A DNA stretch of 56,528 nucleotides from Minisyncoccota bacterium (GTDB lineage Bacteria > Patescibacteriota > Minisyncoccia > Phycocordibacterales > UBA9973), in contig JBAZSF010000005.1 of assembly GCA_041662525.1 (NCBI GenBank), positions 1 through 56,528 of the forward strand, read 5' to 3'. The notes under the pieces were generated by a model, which saw only the letters and a list, made by a program, of their open reading frames with translations, was not told the DNA's origin and ran no database searches. The translations under genes were made by a program, and so were the position numbers. This document shows, piece by piece, positions 45,366 through 54,165 of this stretch (the stretch's first letter is position 1; the number at the start of each line of letters is the position of its first letter).

Positions 45366-46370
45366 ATGAAAAACCAAAACCAAAAAGAAAATAAGATAAA
45401 GATTTTTTATTCAAAAGACTGGCCCCTCGGCTCTGCTCGGGACAAGACAGGATATGAGCTCATTGATACAGGCGAAGGGGAAAAGTTGGAGAGGTTTGGG
45501 AAGTACACTTTTGTGCGTCCGTATGAGGATGCCGTGTGGCCGAAAACCTTAGAAGGTAAGGAATGGGCAAAAGCTGATGGAAAATTTTGGAGCTCAAAAG
45601 TGGGAGCCAAGGCTGGATGGAAAATGTCAAAGACCGTCTTTGACATGAAGGCAAAATGGGAGATGGAATATAAAGGTATAAAATTTCTTGCGATGCCTAC
45701 ACCTTTTAGGCATCTAGGATTTTTTCCAGAACAAGCGAGTCATTGGGATTTTATAGAGATCAAAATTAAGGAAGTTTTAAATTCTCGAGGTCGGACCTCG
45801 GGCTCCCTTGAGGTCCGACCTCTAAAATTCTTAAACTTATTTGGTTACACTGGAGTCGCAAGTTTATTTGCACTTCGTGCTGGTGCGGAGGTAACACATG
45901 TTGACGCTTCAAAGCAAACATTGAATTGGGCAAAAGAAAATCAAAATTTAAATGTTGAGTTAGTTGAAGCACCTATGCGGGTGATAGAAGATGATGTTAT
46001 GAAATTTTTAGAACGAGAAATAAAAAGAGGTAATAAATATGATGCAGTGATAATGGATCCCCCGAAATTCGGCAGAGGGCCAAAAGGAGAAATATGGAAG
46101 ATTGAAGAAATGTTGCCGAAGCTTTTATCACAAGTGCAAAAAGTTTTAAGCGATAAACCACTTTTCGTGATTTTAACTTCTTACGCGATTGATTCTTCTT
46201 CGCTTTCTTTGGGCTATGCTCTCGAAGATATGATGAAACCTGCCCGCCCTACTGAGTCGGGAGCAGGCGGGGATTTTAATGGCACCGTCGAAACAGGTGA
46301 ACTTTGTGTATTAGAAAAGTCCAACAATCGCATCATTCCACTTGCTAATACGGCTGTGTGGAGCGTATAA
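45366..46370 (+). CDS. Class I SAM-dependent methyltransferase (RlmI/RlmK-like)
   Basis: GEGEKLERFG, HLGFFPEQ, LNLFGYTG, HVDAS, MDPPKFG; carries three repeat inserts. Confidence 0.9.
   Translation: MKNQNQKENKIKIFYSKDWPLGSARDKTGYELIDTGEGEKLERFGKYTFVRPYEDAVWPKTLEGKEWAKADGKFWSSKVGAKAGWKMSKTVFDMKAKWEMEYKGIKFLAMPTPFRHLGFFPEQASHWDFIEIKIKEVLNSRGRTSGSLEVRPLKFLNLFGYTGVASLFALRAGAEVTHVDASKQTLNWAKENQNLNVELVEAPMRVIEDDVMKFLEREIKRGNKYDAVIMDPPKFGRGPKGEIWKIEEMLPKLLSQVQKVLSDKPLFVILTSYAIDSSSLSLGYALEDMMKPARPTESGAGGDFNGTVETGELCVLEKSNNRIIPLANTAVWSV
45423..45446 (+). repeat. Family E insert, in frame (PLGSARDK)
   Basis: CCCCTCGGCTCTGCTCGGGACAAG, a GC-rich island between DW and TGYELID. Confidence 0.65.
45787..45822. 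repeat. Family C double palindrome, in frame (RGRTSGSLEVRP)
   Basis: GAGGTCGGACCTC-gggctccctt-GAGGTCCGACCTC; each arm is itself palindromic and the arms are reverse complements. Confidence 0.9.
46239..46271 (+). repeat. Family A insert, in frame (PARPTESGAGG)
   Basis: CCTGCCCGCCCT-actgagtcg-GGAGCAGGCGGG. Confidence 0.9.
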
Positions 46371-46380
46371 TTCACTTAAC

Positions 46381-47403
46381 ATGATGATCGTTGTTTTCAT
46401 TATTATAGTAATAGGTATAGTCGCTTTTTTTATCAATCTAAATATAAATAACATGGAACCAAATCAAATACCAAATCAAACACAAAGCCAAGTTAGTTCA
46501 AAAACAAGTGCTAAGGATTTCTTTATAAATTTAGGTGCTATAGTTGCTCTCGGTTTTTTTGTGGGTAATCTTATTAATCTTTTGTTTACAATAATAAACA
46601 AAGCTTTCCCGCTCACTACTGGTTTTAATTTTAGTGAAAGTTCTTCAATAAGTTTTCCTGTGGCTGTACTCATCATCGTATTCCCGATTTATATTTTTCT
46701 TATGTGGCTTTTGGAAAAAGGATATGTTTTGGAACCAGAAAAAAGAAATGTCGGAGTACGTAAATGGTTGACCTATATAACATTATTTATATCTGGATTT
46801 GCCTTGGCGGGAGATTTAGTTACAGTTTTATATTATTTTATTGATGGTCAAGATATCACAACTGGATTTATTCTAAAAGCTCTATCTGTACTAGTAATCT
46901 CACTTTCTATTTTCTTTTATTATATTTATGATGTTTTGGGAAAAAATGATAATAAGTCACGAAAGATTTGGATGATTGCTTCAGCGATAGTAATTATTCT
47001 ATGTATAATTTGGGGTTTCACTGTACTTGGCTCACCCCGCACTCAACAACTATTAAAATACGATCAACAGAAAGTAAATGACTTACTGAGTATAGAAAAT
47101 TCTGTTCAGAATTTTTATGCCACCAAAGGTGTTTTACCAAATGATTTTGATCAATTATTGGCTGAAAGTTATTTTGTAAATACTATAGATTCTCAAACCC
47201 AAAAACTATATGAATATCAAAAAACAGGAAATTTAACCTATAATCTTTGCGCAGAATTCAACAAAGATTCAAAAGATAATGGCAATGTGTCTTTTGACAC
47301 ATTTGGAAATTTGTCGTGGGCACACCCCGTAGGATATTATTGTTTTTCAAAAACTATAAACCCTAATTTGTTTTCAAAACCTATACCAGTGCCAATTAGA
47401 TAA
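46381..47403 (+). CDS. DUF5671-like membrane protein
   Basis: KDFFINLG, VRKWLTYITLFI, DLVTVLYYFIDG, GSPRTQ..DQQKVNDL; start 46381 or 46453. Confidence 0.75.
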   Translation: MMIVVFIIIVIGIVAFFINLNINNMEPNQIPNQTQSQVSSKTSAKDFFINLGAIVALGFFVGNLINLLFTIINKAFPLTTGFNFSESSSISFPVAVLIIVFPIYIFLMWLLEKGYVLEPEKRNVGVRKWLTYITLFISGFALAGDLVTVLYYFIDGQDITTGFILKALSVLVISLSIFFYYIYDVLGKNDNKSRKIWMIASAIVIILCIIWGFTVLGSPRTQQLLKYDQQKVNDLLSIENSVQNFYATKGVLPNDFDQLLAESYFVNTIDSQTQKLYEYQKTGNLTYNLCAEFNKDSKDNGNVSFDTFGNLSWAHPVGYYCFSKTINPNLFSKPIPVPIR

Positions 47404-47405
47404 AG

Positions 47406-50234
47406 ATGAAAGAATACGATCATAAGAAAATTGAAAAAAAATGGCAAACTATCTGGGAGAAAAAAGGAATCTATCGTGCTCAAAATAATTCTAAGAAGAA
47501 AAAGTTCTACAACTTAATTGAATTTCCTTATCCGTCCGGAGATGGTATGCATGTGGGGCACATCAGAAGCAATACCGCTATGGATATAATTTCTCGCAAA
47601 CGCAGAATGGAAGGTTTTAATGTTCTTTATCCTATAGGTTGGGATGCTTTTGGTTTACCGACAGAAAATTATGCTATAAAAACAGGCAAGCAACCCGCAG
47701 TCATTACGAAAAAGAATACAGATACTTTTAGAAGACAGCTTCAGTCTATCGGTTTTTCTTTTGACTGGTCGCGGGAAATAAACACTACCGATCCGAAATA
47801 TTACAAATGGACTCAGTGGATATTTTTGCAGTTTTTTAAAAAAGGTTTGGCATATAAAGCCAAAATGACTATTAATTGGTGCCCAAAAGATAAAATAGGT
47901 CTTGCCAATGAAGAAGTAATAGATGGATGTTGTGAGCGTTGTGGAACACAAGTCGAGCAAAGGGAGAAAGAGCAATGGATGCTCGCAATTACTAAATACG
48001 CCGATAGACTTTATAAAGATTTAGATGATGTGGATTATCTTCCACAAATAAAACTTGGACAGAGAAATTGGATAGGGAAAAGTGAGGGAGCAGAGATTGA
48101 ATTTCAAATTGAGTTTCCGGACGTCCAACGTCCGAATTCTGTGAAAATTTTTACGACTCGACCTGACACTATTTTTGGTGCGACATATCTCGTACTTGCG
48201 CCAGAACATGAATTAGTTCAGAAATTAAAATCTCAAATTACAAATTGGAAAGAGATAGAAAATTATATCAGGGAAACAAAAAACAAAACTGAGATAGAAA
48301 GAAATGTTGAAGATAAAATAAAAACAGGAGTAGAATTAAAAGGGATAAAAGCAGTCAACCCTGCGACTAAAAAAGAGATTCCAATATGGATTGCAGATTA
48401 TGTGCTTGTCACCTATGGCACAGGAGCGATAATGGCTGTACCAGCACATGATGAACGTGATTTTGCATTTGCGAAAAAATATGATTTGGAAATAATAAAT
48501 GTTATTGAGCCTGTTTATATTGATAGACCAAAAGAAGATTTGTCTTTTATTGAACGAGAAGCGATTCATGCCATTGTTAAGCATTGGAAAGAAGATAAAT
48601 ATCTTGCTTTAAAATGGAAAAAAGTTAATTGGCTTACTTTTATAACTGGTGGTGTGGAGTCTGGAGAAAATACTAAAGATGCTGCAATACGAGAGATTCA
48701 AGAAGAAACCGGATATCAAAATTTAAAACTTATAAAAGAATTCCCGCGTTCACATAGTAAGTTTTATCATGAGCCCAAAAAAGAAAATCGTTTTGCGCAT
48801 TTTTCCAATTTTTATTTTCAACTTATTAATGATGAGCAAAAAGAATTATCTCAAGAAGAACAAGAAATACATGAATTAAGATGGATGACCACGCAAGAAC
48901 TAGAAAAAGAAATGACGATAGGTGGTGCTCTTCGAGATTTAGAAAATTTACAAGGTAAAGAGAAAACTTATTCTGGTACAGGAATACTTACGAATTCTGG
49001 TAAATTTGATGGATTTGATTCTGAAAAAGCCAAAAAAGAAATTATTAAATTTGTTGGAGGAAAAGAGAAGGTGACTTTCAAGCTTCGTGATTGGATTTTT
49101 TCTCGTCAGCGATATTGGGGTGAGCCGATACCAGTAATTCATTGTGAAGATTGTGGAATGGTGCCTGTGCCTGAAAAAGATTTACCAGTAGAGCTTCCAA
49201 AAGTAAAAAATTATCAGCCGACGGATAGTGGAGAGTCACCACTTGCGAATATCTCCAAATGGGTAAATGTAAAATGCCCGAAATGTAAAGGCAAAGCCAA
49301 GAGAGAAACAGACACAATGCCAAACTGGGCGGGTTCTAGTTGGTATTATCTTCGTTATACGGATTCGAAAAATAATAAAGAATTTGCCAGCAAAAAGAAT
49401 TTAAAATATTGGACACCAGTGGACTGGTACAATGGAGGGAATGAACATACTACCCTTCATCTTTTATATTCACGTTTTTGGCATAAATTTTTATTTGACT
49501 TAAAACTTGTACCTACATCTGAGCCATATAAAAAGCGTACTTCTCATGGCATGATTTTAGGTGGGGGAGGCGTAAAAATGTCGAAATCACTTGGAAATGT
49601 GATAAATCCAGACGATATAGTCAAAACATACGGCGCGGACACCTTGCGTCTTTATGAGATGTTTATGGGTCCTTTTAATCAATCTGTCGCTTGGAGCGAA
49701 GAAGCTATCATTGGTCCAAGGAGATTTTTAGAAAGAGTTTGGAATCTTCAATCTAAAATACAAAAAAATAAAAAATATAATGAGTTTGAGATTGAAAAAG
49801 CTATAAAAAAAGTCGGAGAGGATATTGAAGAGATGAAGTTCAATACAGCTGTTTCGACTTTAATGATTTTTATTAATGAAATTAGTAAGCTTGAATCTAT
49901 TTCACAGATGGCTTATGAAAAATTTTTAAAGATTCTTTCCCCATTTGCGCCTCATATAACTGAAGAGTTATGGCAAATATTGGGTTATAAAAAATCAATT
50001 AATCAGGAATCATGGCCGGTTTTTGATCTTTCAAAAATTCAAGACTTCGAACTAAAAATCGCAGTACAAATAAATGGAAAAGTTAAAGCAGAGATAATGA
50101 TATCACCTGAGGATGATGAGGAAATAGTAAAGAAAAAAGCATTTGCAAATGAAGCTGTTTTGAGACATACATCCGGCAAAGATATAAAAAAGGTATTTTA
50201 TGTTAAAAATAGACTTATCAATATAGTTTTTTAG
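47406..50234 (+). CDS. leuS: Leucine--tRNA ligase with an internal NUDIX domain
   Basis: FPYPSG..MHVGH, GWDAFGLP, FTTRPDT, GTGAIMAVPAHDERD, SRQRYWGEP, KMSKS. Confidence 0.97.
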   Translation: MKEYDHKKIEKKWQTIWEKKGIYRAQNNSKKKKFYNLIEFPYPSGDGMHVGHIRSNTAMDIISRKRRMEGFNVLYPIGWDAFGLPTENYAIKTGKQPAVITKKNTDTFRRQLQSIGFSFDWSREINTTDPKYYKWTQWIFLQFFKKGLAYKAKMTINWCPKDKIGLANEEVIDGCCERCGTQVEQREKEQWMLAITKYADRLYKDLDDVDYLPQIKLGQRNWIGKSEGAEIEFQIEFPDVQRPNSVKIFTTRPDTIFGATYLVLAPEHELVQKLKSQITNWKEIENYIRETKNKTEIERNVEDKIKTGVELKGIKAVNPATKKEIPIWIADYVLVTYGTGAIMAVPAHDERDFAFAKKYDLEIINVIEPVYIDRPKEDLSFIEREAIHAIVKHWKEDKYLALKWKKVNWLTFITGGVESGENTKDAAIREIQEETGYQNLKLIKEFPRSHSKFYHEPKKENRFAHFSNFYFQLINDEQKELSQEEQEIHELRWMTTQELEKEMTIGGALRDLENLQGKEKTYSGTGILTNSGKFDGFDSEKAKKEIIKFVGGKEKVTFKLRDWIFSRQRYWGEPIPVIHCEDCGMVPVPEKDLPVELPKVKNYQPTDSGESPLANISKWVNVKCPKCKGKAKRETDTMPNWAGSSWYYLRYTDSKNNKEFASKKNLKYWTPVDWYNGGNEHTTLHLLYSRFWHKFLFDLKLVPTSEPYKKRTSHGMILGGGGVKMSKSLGNVINPDDIVKTYGADTLRLYEMFMGPFNQSVAWSEEAIIGPRRFLERVWNLQSKIQKNKKYNEFEIEKAIKKVGEDIEEMKFNTAVSTLMIFINEISKLESISQMAYEKFLKILSPFAPHITEELWQILGYKKSINQESWPVFDLSKIQDFELKIAVQINGKVKAEIMISPEDDEEIVKKKAFANEAVLRHTSGKDIKKVFYVKNRLINIVF
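48118..48134. repeat. Family D palindrome, in frame in leuS
   Basis: CGGACGT-cca-ACGTCCG, encoding PDVQRP. Confidence 0.6.
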
Positions 50235-50339
50235 TAGTTGTTTTTAGAGATTAAACTATATATAATTAACACATCATATTAAACCATTTATAATCAATAG
50301 TCGTTGTTGTTTTTAATTAATTTTTTTTATAAAAAGCTT

Positions 50340-52442
50340 ATGAGTTCAAACATATTTGATAGACTTTCATTTTGGTCATTATTCCTTACCATAGTATCCT
50401 TACCTCTTTTTTGTTTACCTTTTTCTAATATCCCGATTGAAGTTTCTAAGGGATTACTTTTAGTTTTAGGACTTTCAATATCTGTGATTTTTTGGGCGAT
50501 AGCGAGATTCTCTGATGGTAAAATAATTCTTCCTAAATCATGGTTGTTGGTATCAGGTTTTAGTGTAGCTTTAATATTTTTATTATCTTCTATTTTTTCC
50601 GGAAATTCTAAAGTTTCTTTATTCGGCACAATGTTTGACATTGGGTCTTTTTATTTTATTTTTGCTGGTTTTGTTTTAATGTTCATGTCTTCGATTCTTT
50701 TTAAAAATCCGCAGCGGGCAAAAACACTTTTGCTCGGAGCAATCCTGTCTTCAGCTTTTGTTTTAATTTTCCAAATTATTCATTTGTTTATGCCTACAAT
50801 TTTGTCGCTCGGAATCTTATCTGGGAAAACAGGAAATATTTTAGGTTCTTGGAATGCACTAGGACTTTTTGCTGGATTTTCCAGCTTAATGTTTCTTTTT
50901 GTGATTGAATTTTTTCCTGTTTCCAAGATAGAAAAAATTTTATTGGGAATATTCATCTTACTCTCAGTTCTTCTTATTATTGTAGTAAATTTTCAGTTAG
51001 TTTGGATACTCCTAGGGATTTCTAGCTTAATAATTTTTGTTTACAAAGCTTCTACTTCTCTTCAAAAAAATACAGAAAGAAATACAGAAGAAGAGGCAAG
51101 TCTTGTTCATGTAGGTGATAAAAGAAATAATTTTCCTATTATTTCTTTTGCTATTGTCATGATATCTTTATTATTTTTTATTTCTGGACAGTTTATCGGT
51201 GGTATTGTGTCAAATCGTTTGCAGATATCAAATACCGAAGTAAACCCTTCTTTAAGCACCACTATGTCCATAACCAAAGAGGTGATTGTCAAAAATCCAT
51301 TGTTGGGTATTGGTCCAAATAGATTTGGTGTTGCTTGGTCAATGTATAAACCCATTGTTATAAACAATACTCAATTTTGGGATACTTCTTTTGATTCAGG
51401 ATCAGGATTATTGCCTACCCTAGTTTCTACCGCTGGGATTCCTGCTATTTTAGCTTGGATTATCTTTTTTGTTCTATTTTTGTTTATCGGAGTAAGGTCA
51501 GTTTTTTTTAGTATTAAAAATAGTACAAATTGGGAAATGATGGTGTTTTTTGTGTTGTCTCTATATTTATTTTTTGCTTCCTTTTTTTATTTTACAGGAT
51601 CGGTGATCTTTTTATTGTCTTTTGCATTTGCTGGAGTATTTATTGGGCTAACTGCATCTAATTCAAATAAAGAAATATCAATATCATATTTAAATGACCA
51701 GCGAAAAAGTTTCTTCTCTATTCTCGCGCTTATTTTATTAATGATCTTTTCTGCCACTCTTTCATTCAAATATATAGAGCGTTTTACTTCTGTTTTTCAT
51801 TTTAGAAAAGCACTTTCTGCAACGACTATTCAAGGGGCAGAAGATTCTATCAATAAAGCACTTTCTCTATATTCAAATGATTTATATTTGCGTACTTTTT
51901 CACAAATATATCTTATTAAGTTAAACACTTTAGCTAAAGCTAGTACATCACTATCTGATGCAGAGAAAGCTGATTTACAATCTAGTTTTGATCAAGCTGT
52001 AAACAGCGCACAAATGGCGACGAGTTATGATCCCTCGAATTATTTAAATTTCCAACTTCTTGGTTCTACCTATCAGGCTGCTGGCTCCCTTGGAGTAAAA
52101 GATTCTTTTAGTAAAGCTGTCATAGCTTATCAAAATGCTTCTAATCTAAATCCGTTAAATCCAGGTTTAAAGTTAGCTATGGCAGAAGTATCATTTGCTG
52201 ACGGAAAAGTTAAAGAAGCAAAAGATTATGCTAATTCCGCCCTTACTCTCAAACAAGATTATGTTGAGGCTTTAATTGTTCTTTCCCAAATAGCTAGGAG
52301 TGAAAATGATAATAAAACAGCTCTTTCTTATGCAGAGCGGGCTCTTGCTATTTCTCCAGAAGATGAAAACTTAATACAATACTTTAATTCGTTGAGCAAT
52401 TCTACCCCCACACCTATCACTACTCCTGCTAAAAAGAAATAA
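50340..52442 (+). CDS. Multi-TM protein (O-antigen-ligase-like) with C-terminal TPRs
   Basis: Many TM segments; PLLGIGPNRF loop; TPR-like helices; family assignment tentative. Confidence 0.7.
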   Translation: MSSNIFDRLSFWSLFLTIVSLPLFCLPFSNIPIEVSKGLLLVLGLSISVIFWAIARFSDGKIILPKSWLLVSGFSVALIFLLSSIFSGNSKVSLFGTMFDIGSFYFIFAGFVLMFMSSILFKNPQRAKTLLLGAILSSAFVLIFQIIHLFMPTILSLGILSGKTGNILGSWNALGLFAGFSSLMFLFVIEFFPVSKIEKILLGIFILLSVLLIIVVNFQLVWILLGISSLIIFVYKASTSLQKNTERNTEEEASLVHVGDKRNNFPIISFAIVMISLLFFISGQFIGGIVSNRLQISNTEVNPSLSTTMSITKEVIVKNPLLGIGPNRFGVAWSMYKPIVINNTQFWDTSFDSGSGLLPTLVSTAGIPAILAWIIFFVLFLFIGVRSVFFSIKNSTNWEMMVFFVLSLYLFFASFFYFTGSVIFLLSFAFAGVFIGLTASNSNKEISISYLNDQRKSFFSILALILLMIFSATLSFKYIERFTSVFHFRKALSATTIQGAEDSINKALSLYSNDLYLRTFSQIYLIKLNTLAKASTSLSDAEKADLQSSFDQAVNSAQMATSYDPSNYLNFQLLGSTYQAAGSLGVKDSFSKAVIAYQNASNLNPLNPGLKLAMAEVSFADGKVKEAKDYANSALTLKQDYVEALIVLSQIARSENDNKTALSYAERALAISPEDENLIQYFNSLSNSTPTPITTPAKKK

Positions 52443-52449
52443 ATCAAGG

Positions 52450-54156
52450 ATGGAGAAGATCTTAAAAATTTTTACTAAACAATCTGGAAGCATAAATCAA
52501 GCCGCATTTCTTTTGGGTTTTCTTACTTTATTATCTCAAATTTTAGCACTTTTCCGTGATCGGTCTATTGCGCATTTTATTGGACCTTCTCCATCGCTAG
52601 ATGCTTATTATGCGGCTTTTCGGGTGCCAGATTTGATTTTTATTTGTATAGCCTCTCTGGCTTCTATCACTGTGCTCATTCCTTTTATTGTGGCAAAAAT
52701 GCCTGCCCGCGCAGGCGGAGATGGAGACAAGGTTACTGATGCAGCACGAAAATATTTAAATGATATTTTTACCGTTTTCTTTTCTCTGATGGTATTTGTT
52801 TCTTTGGGGGCGTTTTTTCTGATGCCTTATTTAATATCTTTTATTGCTCCAGGTTTTACTCCATTTTATCAAGCAAAGGTTATTTTGCTTTCACGAATAA
52901 TGTTACTTTCTCCTATTTTGATGGGTCTTTCAAATCTTTTTGGTACAGTTACTCAGCTTTTTCATAAATTTTTTATATATTCTTTGAGTCCAGTTTTTTA
53001 TAATTTGGGGATTATTATTGGTGTTATATTTCTTTATCCTTTTTTTGGAATTTATGGGTTGGCTCTCGGTGTTGTTCTCGGGGCTTTTATGCATTTTGGA
53101 ATACAGGTCCTAGCAGCGCGCTCTTCTGGCTTTACCCTAAAATTCTCCCTTTTTCCTTTTACAATTAATTTTAAAGATATTAAAAATACGGCGCTAACAT
53201 CGCTTCCTCGTACGCTTGGTCTTGCTTTTAACAATATTGCGCTTATTTTTATTATAGGGATGGCTTCTTTTTTGGAAAGTGGCTCTATCTCGATTTTTAA
53301 TTTTTCATTCAATCTTCAATCAGTACCACTTAATATCATCGGCATCTCTTATGCCGTGGCGGCTTTTCCGACTTTAGCTAAATCTTTTTCAAATGGCAAA
53401 AAAGAGGAATTTAAAAAACATCTAAAAGAAGCATCACGAGCTATTGTATTCTGGTCTCTGCCAGTAATATTTATTTTTATTGTTCTTCGGGCGCAGATAG
53501 TGCGTGTGATTCTTGGTTCCGGGTCTTTTTCTTGGGACAATACTCGTCTGGTCGCAGCCGCCCTCGCGATCTTTTCCATTTCTATCCTTGCTCAGGGGAT
53601 GACGACATTGCTTTCTCGCTCTTACTATGCGACCAGTAATACAAAACGCCCTCTCATTATAAATTTTTCTTGTTCTATTTTAATTATAATTTTAGCTTAT
53701 GTATTTATCCATCTCTTTCAAAATGTCTTAATGTTCCGCTTCTTTATAGAATCTTTATTAAAGGTAAATGATATTCCAGGGACAGAGGTGCTCATGTTGC
53801 CACTGGCGTATTCTGTCGGCACGATTTTGAATTTTATTTTATATTGGGTTTTTGTAAAAAAAGATTTTATGCCGAATGAATCTTTCATCACCAAAACTTT
53901 TTTCCAGAGTTTTGCTGCTTCATTTTTTCTTGGCTTAGTCGCTTATTTGAGTTTAAATATTCTTTCACCGATTTTTGGCTTGACTACATTTTGGGGTGTT
54001 TTTTTACAAGGATTTATTTCTGGAATTTTAGGTATCATTGTTGCTGTATTTGTTTTATACTTATTAAAGAGCGAAGAATTAAAAGATTTGATAGATACTT
54101 TTGCTACTAAATTCTGGCGTGCAAAAATCATTGCTCCAATTCAAGAAGGACTCTAA
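52450..54156 (+). CDS. murJ: Lipid II flippase MurJ (MviN)
   Basis: LALFRDR, DAYYAAFRVPD, SPVFYNLGII, AAFPTL, SRSYYA..NTKRP. Confidence 0.93.
   Translation: MEKILKIFTKQSGSINQAAFLLGFLTLLSQILALFRDRSIAHFIGPSPSLDAYYAAFRVPDLIFICIASLASITVLIPFIVAKMPARAGGDGDKVTDAARKYLNDIFTVFFSLMVFVSLGAFFLMPYLISFIAPGFTPFYQAKVILLSRIMLLSPILMGLSNLFGTVTQLFHKFFIYSLSPVFYNLGIIIGVIFLYPFFGIYGLALGVVLGAFMHFGIQVLAARSSGFTLKFSLFPFTINFKDIKNTALTSLPRTLGLAFNNIALIFIIGMASFLESGSISIFNFSFNLQSVPLNIIGISYAVAAFPTLAKSFSNGKKEEFKKHLKEASRAIVFWSLPVIFIFIVLRAQIVRVILGSGSFSWDNTRLVAAALAIFSISILAQGMTTLLSRSYYATSNTKRPLIINFSCSILIIILAYVFIHLFQNVLMFRFFIESLLKVNDIPGTEVLMLPLAYSVGTILNFILYWVFVKKDFMPNESFITKTFFQSFAASFFLGLVAYLSLNILSPIFGLTTFWGVFLQGFISGILGIIVAVFVLYLLKSEELKDLIDTFATKFWRAKIIAPIQEGL
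52702..52719 (+). repeat. Short family A insert, in frame in murJ (PARAGG)
   Basis: CCTGCCCGC-GCAGGCGGA followed by GAT. Confidence 0.8.
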
Positions 54157-54165
54157 AATTAGACC

